64,000 nucleotides of DNA from Lepidodermella squamata (taxonomy: Eukaryota > Animalia > Gastrotricha): the NCBI GenBank assembly GCA_047495785.1, contig JBLDXI010000020.1:2542001-2606000 (forward strand), given 5' to 3'. Below, in pieces: positions 54,873 through 64,000 of the stretch; positions within the stretch are counted from its first letter, which is position 1; every line of letters begins with the position of its first letter. The notes below the pieces were generated by a model. The model did not search any database. It saw only the letters and a list, made by a program, of their open reading frames with translations, and had not been told where the DNA came from. The translations under genes and the position numbers were made by a program.

Positions 54873-57800
54873 ATGGACAAGAAAGAACTTGAGCTCGCTA
54901 GGTCTATCATTACCAGCGCGCTCACGCCTAATAACAAGGAAGGAATGACCGCCAACGAACTTGAGGCGGAAATTGAAGCCTTGATGGGCGAGCGGCTGAA
55001 GCTGCCACCGGGCTGTCCAGGGCTTGAGGCTTATATCAAAAGATTTTTTTCCGATGAGTTCGTTGCTGTTCCGTGAGTTGAATTCATCATTTCATTGTAG
55101 CATTTTGCTGAATGATTTATTTAGGTCGCATGGCCAAATGAAATGGAAACTCATCCCAAAAGCCGATACAGCCTACTTATTGTCACTGGTGGCGAAGCAG
55201 AATAACAGCAAATCGAAGCCTCTGTATATTGCTGAAGCTGCTAAGGCTCGAGATGCCGCCCTGCGGACTACTCGTGGTGGTAGGGGTGGCTCGAGGGGGA
55301 GAGGCGGGTCTCGTGGCGGCCGCGGAGGTAGGGGCGGTACGAGCAATGCCATGACTCGATTGGGACCCCCGATGAATGCCCCTCCTCGTATGCAGTCGAG
55401 CAACTACTACAGCAACGGCCCGTCTCGAGCTGCTTCTTCAATGGATTGGGGGCAGCCGCCGCCATCTCCTGCGCCCTGGAATGTGCCACCTTCGCCATCA
55501 CCCTTTCAGAGGCCGCCTTCGAGTTTTGGCATGCCGCCGCCTCCATCGCCCGGGCCACTCTTTGGACAAAACAGCTTTCAGCGAGCTATTCAGGCGGCTG
55601 TTAGCGATACCCGGCCCGCCACAGCGGTCCCTTCCAGCAGCTCAGCACCCTCTGCTGGCGGCGAGTGGGGCAAAAAGTTCCGCGAGCTCTTCGACCGGTA
55701 CAAGGTCTGCAAAGAGCAAGGCTCAGCGATGGAACTGTCGGCTCGTTTGGCTTCCTCGAAAATGAAATTAGCCTCGACGGACTTCCCGCAAAGTATCGAA
55801 GAGTTACACCAGGTATTGAGTGCAATGGTCTCACAAGTCGAAGCGCCGCTGAAATCTGCGACCCCGGCTTTGACAACTCTACAGCCAACAGCTTTTCCTC
55901 CTGTCGGCCGGAAAATACCGGGTGTCATCTCTAAAATTGACTCACTAATGAAATTCCTCGCCCAGGTCGAAACGCCTACTGGCAAGCAAGTTTTGCTGCC
56001 ATGCGCTCTCGCATCTGTGTCAATCACCGATATGCCATTGGCAGTAAAACTAGTCAAGGATGCTATCTCACTCTGTGATAACAAGGTCGAAATTGTCGTC
56101 AAAGCTCACAAACCAGAGAATGTCGATGTCGATCTGATTCACGTGAAGAAAGGCGCTTCATTCACCGATTTTCTTGTGGCGAAAAACGTCGCATTTGCGA
56201 AGCCTCAGCCTATGGCATCTCCCTCGAATCAAGTTGTATTCAAAGATAAATCCGTCACCCCCACGGCTGATAATTTTTCTGCTCGCGTCAGTGCAGTTCT
56301 AACTGCTTCGATTATCGCTGTTAAGTGAGTTGTTTTTTCGATCTGATGGCAATTATGATGCTAACTGTAATTTTTCCAGTCTCAAGTCTAACTTACCGGT
56401 TCTTGTCGAGATTGAAAAGGCTCTTTCGGCGAATTTGAAGGCCGATGAAATGGTTCAGCCAAGCGAGGCAGTCAAAGGCGCGTGCTTTGTCATAAAATCG
56501 ACCCTGCAATATTGCCGCGCCCGAGTTCTTTCAAATGAATCTGATGAGGTATGTTGTTTTTTATTTTTCATTCGATCAGAAAGACGAGATTTGGGTAAAA
56601 TTCTAATCGTTAACATTTCTTAACTGCTTCGAATACAAATGTGGTAGTGTGGGAACTGTTATTTGATCCTAAAATTTTATTCAGGGGGATTCTGGTATTC
56701 ATGTCTCCGACTTGGTAACTTAGTTTGATTTACGTTTACCTGGAAAATAACAAGCTGCATATTTTATTGAAAAAGTGTGTTCCAAGAGAACGAATTGATC
56801 AGTGTGCACTAGAGAGTTTGAGCTTGCAAAAAAATCGTGGAAAAACTGAGTTTTCATTATGGAGGATATTTTTCGTATTTTACTCAGCATTTTTCGCGTA
56901 TGATTTACCATTTTTCAATGATAAACATTATGACCTATTTCATTTGAAATTTTGATGCCGATTGATGATCAAAGAACGAGGAGTCGAACGATATCAAATT
57001 GAGGTTGATGGTCATCAGTCGAGTTTTACGGATGAAAATTGCCAATTTCGAATAATGAGCTCTTGTAAAATTGAGTTTTTATTGCATCAATATGTCGGCA
57101 CGCAATAAATTATGGATGAAAATTGTCCTTTCACTATTTGTCGATATCGCGGGTAGATTTGTCGCTATTTTACTTTTCGCGCCTCTATCCAATTTTTTCA
57201 CTGTATTGGGACTGATTATTTCACGAAAGTTCACGAAGTAGGAAAATCGATAATCTTCGTTTTTTCGATTTTTGGCGATATCATCGGCTATTTTGCACCC
57301 TAGTGAACAAATAAATTCAGATTCAGAAAATCAGCATTACATAGGGTACTACTTACTGCTAAAAGCTAACATATTACGGGAGGCACGGTGGCTCAGTTGG
57401 CTCAGTTATACTGGGCTATTCCATATATTCCATATTGAGGCTATTCCATCGGGTGAAACTCTGTGACTCGACCATGTGTAGAAATGGCTATTCTCTGATT
57501 GAATAATACGTTTTCGGGAAATGCGTTAGCCCTGGAAACGAAGAAACAAAAAATTGAAAAAATTCGATGTTGCGTACACCTCCTTGAATATGTACTCCAG
57601 TGCCAGACACTTCAGGGTCACGAAATTAATCAAAGACGATTTACATGGCAATAAACGTAGTCAAATGGTTTTAGCTGCTTATATCACACGGCTGGTTACT
57701 TTAAAGCGATGATTATAATTGAAAAACTCGGGGAAATAATCGCCGCGGCTCTTATTCGAAAAAACCCGGCTTTCCGCTATTTTTTTCACTTTCCAATTTC

Positions 57801-60800
57801 TTTTTAATTAGATTCGCCTGCGTTTGATCGACCACGGTTCAGATGTTTCCATCGCATCCGTTGACGAATTGTTCCGGGTTCCTAACGTCCCAGTCGTCGC
57901 TGATACGCCTCCTCTGGTTTGTCGATAATTTTGACCTGTTTATTAATTTTATTGACTCATTTTTATCTAGTCCTTTTACATCGGTCTGCATCTCCTTGAA
58001 CATGCTCTCTTCCAGAAAGAAAGTAGTATTGCCATCGTACAAAATGAACTGGCTGGGAAAATGGTCGAGTGTCAAATTGTTGATAGGTTTGTTGAGTCTT
58101 AAACATTTTTGAAGAAATCATTGTTTATCCGTTAATCTAGGTCCGGCAAACGTCCCCAGGCCAACGTTTTCACCATTGACCCGGCCACTGGAACAGCCGA
58201 TATGTCGATGTCTGCGAATAGAAGAATCAAGAGCATGATTCTGGCTGAAAGGAAACCGCATCTGGACATTGGAAAAGACACTCCAGTCATCGTTCGATTC
58301 ATCGACGACAATCTGTACGGCGATATTCGTCTGCACGTTCACGTCGTTGGTTTCGGCTTCGAAACGCTGTCGGACATCGAACAGACACTTGAGACGCTTT
58401 TCGCCCCGGGCTCATCGCCGGTTAGACAGAGCGATCTGTCACTCGATAGCGAATACGCCGCTCCTTACCAGGGCGCTTACTACCGCTGTACCATGATGAG
58501 CGCGAATGTCGATGCGAAAAATCGAGTTCAGGTGCTGTTTTACGACTATGGCAATATCGAAACGATTCCAATCACCGATCTTCGTCACTTGGACGATTCG
58601 TTCTCGACCCAAGTTCTGCCGCCTCAATCAATTTCCACCCGCCTCTCTGGCCTACCGCCGCCCGGTAAACAATGGGTCAGTAAGGCCAGTGAGACGGTTT
58701 TCGCCATTTTCGACAACGAGGGTCAATATACGGCCCGGGCGATTTCCGCGGACGATGGCGTCGTTGTCGTTGATTTCCGGACATCTGATGGCAGGTCGGT
58801 TAATGAAAAATTGCTTCACATGCCGGAGTTGTTCGAGGACGCTCGGGCTCCTGGGTCGCATATCTCTGAGGCAGGCCGGAGCGAGGCCAGCGAGGTGAGA
58901 CCTGAGAGCGTCATGGTCTCGAACGGGACCGATTTCATCGAGCCGACCTTGAATCTGCCAGCATTTGCTATCGAAAAGTCCTTCAATGCCGAGGACGAAA
59001 CTGTTTCGGCGTGTGTGGTCGGTTTCACGGCGCCGTCAACCCTCAGTAAGTCTTTTGAGCTGAATTTTGAATTCTCAGTTGCTTGAATAATGAAAAATAA
59101 TTCCATTTTTCAAGCTGAAAATTGAAGATTTAGGCTGAAAAATGGATTGATAATAAAGACTTTTCAAGGCCTTTATCAAGTAAACGCCAAAAATAACAGG
59201 AACGAGCTTTTCTTAGACCATTATAAATAATTGATATTGAAGCTCAGTACAATAACCTAATTTACGGCTCCATTCGCTCGCCTCTTTTAATTAGTATCAC
59301 GGGCTCTCTCTTATTAATTAGATTTTTGATTTTTTTCCTGATTATTTCAATTCGTCTTGGCATATGCCTACCTTGTAGGGCATAAAATCGGCACCTAAAT
59401 TTACTCTTGAGCTGATCGTCTAGTGAGAACGTTGCCAAGTTATTGTCTGGTTGGAAAATTACAAATCAAGAGAGAAATCGAAAATTTGAACACAGCCAAC
59501 GGTAGGCAGCGCTTATACCAACCTTAATTTATAATTTACCTATCGATTGAATTGTGAGATGGGATAGCGCTGAGCTGGAGGAGCAGGATAAGCCATAATT
59601 GGACCTTGTGTGTTCGGCTGCAAGTGAAGCCGATTGATATTACGAAGTAGTACTTTTATTATTTTGATGATCTTGCAAAAAAGTGTATTGAGCCCAAGTT
59701 GGTTCCTCGAAATACCTTTAGTAAATTATTCGCCTTTCAGTGCGACCTCTTTGCAAGTCTTATAAAACATTTCCAGCAGAGTTCAAGTCGAGGCATCTAG
59801 CGATCTAGTTATTATTATTTTCAAGTAACCAAAACAGCAAAATCAGCGTGATCCTATGCTTCAACGTTGATAAAAAAACAACAAACAACACTAGTTTAAT
59901 TGCCTGGCGATTAGCTCTCAGTCACCTATGCGACCCGCTGATATCCTAGTTGATAGTATGATAACTGATTGAATTCTGATTAGCCGAGATTAGACTGATT
60001 AGGCGAATTACTTACGTGCGCTAAAACATCTGCTAGATAAAATTTCACAGATAAAACAGGCTAAGTCAGGGGCTGGTCGTGGTAAAAAAATGTTACGGTT
60101 TTTCCCCAGGGCAATACGGTGTAAATATTCACGGTTACTGGAGTAATTGATTCCCTGAACTGAAGATAAAATATATTTTGAGGTTGTTGGAAAGACGTTC
60201 ACTATTTTTCTCATCCTAGGCTGTCAGCTCGTTCCTAACGAAGAGTTCAACGAGATGATTCAAGACATGAACGAATTTTACGCTCAGTCGAAGAATCAAA
60301 TCAAACCTGTTGCTCCTCTCAAGCCGGGTGATATCGGCGTTGCCTATGCTGGTGGCTGTTTCTGCCGCTGTCAAGTCGTCAACACCGGCAAGTACAGCTA
60401 CCGAGTCTACTACGTCGACTTCGCAACTCGAAATCAAATCGTCAGTTTCGATAATTTGTTCCTGCTGGAGAGTCGTTTCGCCGACAATTTCCCACCCATG
60501 TCGTTTGAGCTGAAACTCAACGGCATTCCTGAGCCGAAGTCCCTGAATCACCTGCCTCCAGCTTTCGCTGCTTATGGCGACAAGCTGGCGAGCGAAAACG
60601 CTTACATAAAGGTTTGTTCAATATAGCAATTCAGTTTTAATTCAAATTGAGCTGGTTTTTTCAAATTTGCTATCAATTTCGTAATATTCTTTTTTATCTT
60701 ATAGGTGTTCCCCGAAATCTTCACTTCCTCACCGCCGTACGAGGCAATTGTGACGGTCTCCGGAAGGGCCGTTGCTCTGGAGACGGGCGAAGATATTGGT

Positions 60801-60824
60801 GCATCGTTGGCTGGGCTGGTCTAA
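54873..60824 (+). CDS. LOTUS (OST-HTH) + RGG + multi-Tudor germ-granule protein (TDRD5/TDRD7/Tejas/Tapas-like), about 8 exons
   Basis: N-terminal ARSIITSALTPNNKEGMTANELEAEIEALMGERL..P (LOTUS) plus extension DTAYLLSLVAKQ; RGG run; Tudor signatures YCRARV...LIDHG, YYRCTM...VLFYDYGN, FCRCQV...YYVDFA; last exon ends GEDIGASLAGLV*. Confidence 0.8.
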
Positions 60825-61966
60825 ATTCGACAAGTCGAAAAGTATTAGTTAACTCGATCGAGATCTTCTTGCAAGCCTTCGTATTAACTCTGTTGCATTT
60901 CAAGCTCAATATATGTTTATTAATTGTTGATGAAATTCTTATACCCTGACGAATGCTGTGAATTGATGGTTCTACGCTATTTGCGGAAACAAAAATTGCG
61001 CTGCGATAATATAGTAGGAATGCTAGAGCTTTTATTGATAGTTTTGAGATTTTATTGAAATTAAATGCACGCAAGTGCGAGATTTTTTGCATTTTTTCGA
61101 TTAAAATATAATTAGTAAATACAGTAATTAGTAATTAAGATGTAATTTGATATTTTGTCGCTCTTTTTTCGCTGCGAAATTTTCGTTTCCTCAAATAGCG
61201 CTGGAACAAAAGGATGAATCATAATAGGCGTGACGAGCGATGGTCTCGCCTTTTTTACTGCAGATTTTGGCAATATATATACTTCTATGATGACAGTCAA
61301 AATACTATCTCAGGTTCATGTGAAACATCGATGAATCTCGCGATATAATAATCAGCAATAAAATGATATCTAATTAAATTTTTCGATTGTGAATTCAGGC
61401 CTAAAAATACAGTTTTATTAGTTTAGAAGCTGTTTTACGTGTTACGCATTGACGAAAGCAGTTCTAAAATGAATCCTGATTGAATATCTGGCCTTGAATT
61501 CCGAAAATCGCGTTCTCATTCGTTGTTTTCCAGGCAAGTGGCTGAATTTGACAGGTGTCGCCTGTGACAAAATATCTGGCATTTACAGTTGCCGGAATTT
61601 GAAGTATTTTTATGCTCGTTTTTATGCTCAGCTGAGATTCAGGTTTTTGGCATACCCACAACAGCTGCAACGAGATTTTATATTGCTGAAATATCTAATT
61701 GCCTTCTTTGGGACATATCCATTCTTTGGGAATTCTTCTGTTCAAAATGGAATTCCGAAAAAATACACGTAATACTGATTGGCAAACAAATTTGTTCCTG
61801 GGCTCTGCTGAAAATAACCAGGGCTCATACTCTTTTCTATGAGTTATTTTTCCCTGGATTTAACGAAGTTTACCTTCAGAAAAGAGTTTTGAGGTGAAAT
61901 CGACGTAGCGGCGCCTCTACTTATGATTTGAATGTAGAGTTTTGTTTACAAGCTAACGGCTCGAAA

Positions 61967-62287
61967 ATGGAAGCTGAAGACATGATGATGGCTCGTTACA
62001 TGGTTATGACCGCGCTAATTCCGAATAACAAGCGTGGGCTAACGGCCTGTGAACTAGAAGACAACATCGTGTCATTGTTCGGATCTTCATTCAAACTCCC
62101 ACCTACTTGCGCGAATCTGCAACATTTCGTCGATCGGTATTTGGACTCTGATGTCGCTAGATGCCCTTCGTCAGTTTTTCAACCTCGAATCTATTCAAGT
62201 TTATTATAGATCTCGTTTTATAGGCAAAATGGCTGGGTCTATCGCGTTACCCCGAAAACTGAAGAATATGAATCAGAATATATATAA
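61967..62287 (+). CDS. LOTUS-only microprotein (~88 aa); exons 61967-62169 and 62224-62287
   Basis: ARYMVMTALIPNNKRGLTACELEDNIVSLFGSSFKLPP is homologous to the N-terminus of the 54873 gene; a 54-nt phase-2 intron at the equivalent site gives SQNGWVYRVTPKTEEYESEYI*. Confidence 0.65.
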
Positions 62288-62483
62288 CGTATCGAATCTC
62301 TTTCAAAATATCGCTTTCGCTTTTCTAGAACGGTGCTTGGCAAATTGCGAAATTATGCTCATTTTCATCTTGTTACGAGAGAAATATTTATAATTGAGAA
62401 TGAAAGAATCAAAAATTCGCGAAATGACGTCAATAGCATGAATATTTTCCGGTTATTTTTTAAGCTATAGATAACGCTTTAAA

Positions 62484-64000
62484 ATGTCGCTGATGGATCC
62501 AGCTCATCGCGAACTGGTCAGAAAAATAATATCGCCAGCTTTAATTGCCAACAACGAGACTGGGTTGACTGCCCAGGAATTATCTGCTGAAGTTGACGAA
62601 TTGTTAGACGCTCCTTTCAAGTTACCAGAGGGTGTTTCTTCATTCGAAGATCTTCTTATACGCGAATTCGCCGACGAATTTTGCAAAATTTGGTAAACAA
62701 TTATAAAAATTGAAAAAAATTCGTCATGATTAAAAACCGATTTCAGCCGTGCTGATGGTGCCAACGTGTTCAAGGCCCTTCAAAAACCTGAAAATATTGA
62801 GCTGTTGAAGATCGTCCAGAATAAAAATTTAATATTGAAGAAAGAAGCCGTCGTAAATCGACCAGCTGTTGCGATTCAACGACCATGTTCGAGTTTATCT
62901 CAAGATTCTGAATCAGACCAAAAGCTAGTTCAGCTTTTCGCCGGTAAAATATAGCTAATCCCGAAAATTTGTTCAATTTTTTCTGTTACTGCAGGTTTGA
63001 GTGTCAAATCTGATATCAATCAAGCCTCTAAAATTTTGCGAGAGTTTGAAGACGTTTTTAAGCGATTTCGAGAATTTTCCGAACGTTACCAATTGACCTT
63101 TAAGCCGAAAACTGATGAAGGATCGAAGCTCCCGGCGAACATTACTGAACTTTTGGCGAGCTGCCGCAAAATTGCTGATGAAATCAATGTAAAAGGCTGT
63201 GAAACTGGTCGTGATTCAGGCTTGAGTGAAACCACCAGCCCTACCCCGACAAATTCTGAGCCGGAATCGAGCTTTTCTCCTCAATTGGTCGAGTTTACTA
63301 GCGTGCCTCGAATTGTCGATAATACGAAGCGATTTCGAGCTAAAATTACCTCTGTTTTATCCACGACCGTTTTCAGCGTTGTTTTAGACAGTGATTTCGA
63401 AATTTTGTCTGAAATCGAGAGCCTAGCTAATAAAATCGGGAAACCAGCCTCTCCTGCTCAAATCATTGAAGTCGGTTCGGTAATGCTGGCGAAGCGTGTC
63501 GATGGCACTCATCGCGTTTTCATCGAGTCGAAAAACGACCTGTGCCGTAATGCAAGTGTTTGGCTTTTGGATTACGGCTATAGGGCTCTTCTGGTCTCAT
63601 TTGATGATTTGATCTCGATTCCGTCAGAAAATCGTGAGAAACTCGGGAAAACTCTCGCGCTGGCTTTCAAGATTGAAGCGAGTGATTTTGGCATCTACTC
63701 AGGTTGTGATCAGGCTCTTCCAGTTATCCGAGAATTTTTAACCGGAAAAATAGCATATTTCAATGTTCTCAGTATCACTCGAAGGTATGATTATTGTAGA
63801 ATATTCCTTATTTAATAAAAAAAATTCGATATTCTAGACGGAAGGCCAATCTTCCTCCCCTCGTTGAATCGGATTTTGACGACCAAAACGGGATTTTTAA
63901 TGCAATTTCTCAGGAATTGATTGTAAATAAGCTCAAGGCTGGCATGAAATTCCGTGCTCATGTCATGTTTTTCAACGTGGAAGACTCGAAATTGAAGCTT
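62484..64000 (+). CDS. Second LOTUS + Tudor protein, truncated at the window end
   Basis: VRKIISPALIANNETGLTAQELSAEVDELLDAPFKLP (LOTUS), extension ENIELLKIVQNK, Tudor-like HRVFI...VWLLDYGY; short GT-AG introns. Confidence 0.75.

Noticed and set aside
57381-57470. Possible tRNA gene (A-box-like GGTGGCTCAGTTGG)
   Set aside because: No proper B-box or cloverleaf; at most a decayed tRNA-derived SINE in an intron.

Overview
Eukaryotic (animal, invertebrate-like) genomic DNA from a compact genome: standard code, many ~45-60 nt GT-AG introns and very short intergenic gaps. Recognisable genes: a small secreted PAN/apple protein, SSR2, two tandem HSD17B4/MFE-2 paralogues (one dehydrogenase-only, one dehydrogenase+hydratase with PTS1), CHID1, NSA2, TATDN1, CHSY1, APH1, RCOR/CoREST, GTF2H4, SEC16, LYRM5/ETFRF1, COQ10, a SIK kinase, bifunctional PAM, PSMA4 and a tandem array of three LOTUS-domain genes, plus MITEs and decayed pogo/Mutator-like transposases. 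Main observations: (1) co-oriented clusters where AATAAA sits ~35-50 nt upstream of an unpaired 3' splice acceptor just before the next ATG, suggesting trans-spliced operons; (2) LYRM5 and COQ10 only 4 nt apart, with an overlapping uORF, an AUG-free LYRM5 CDS and a UUU_UAA +1 slip site, suggesting a translationally coupled bicistron; (3) a LOTUS family containing a LOTUS-only microprotein and a shared unannotated helical module. All gene models were spliced by eye and gene names come from recognised motifs; no database searches were run and the organism was not identified.
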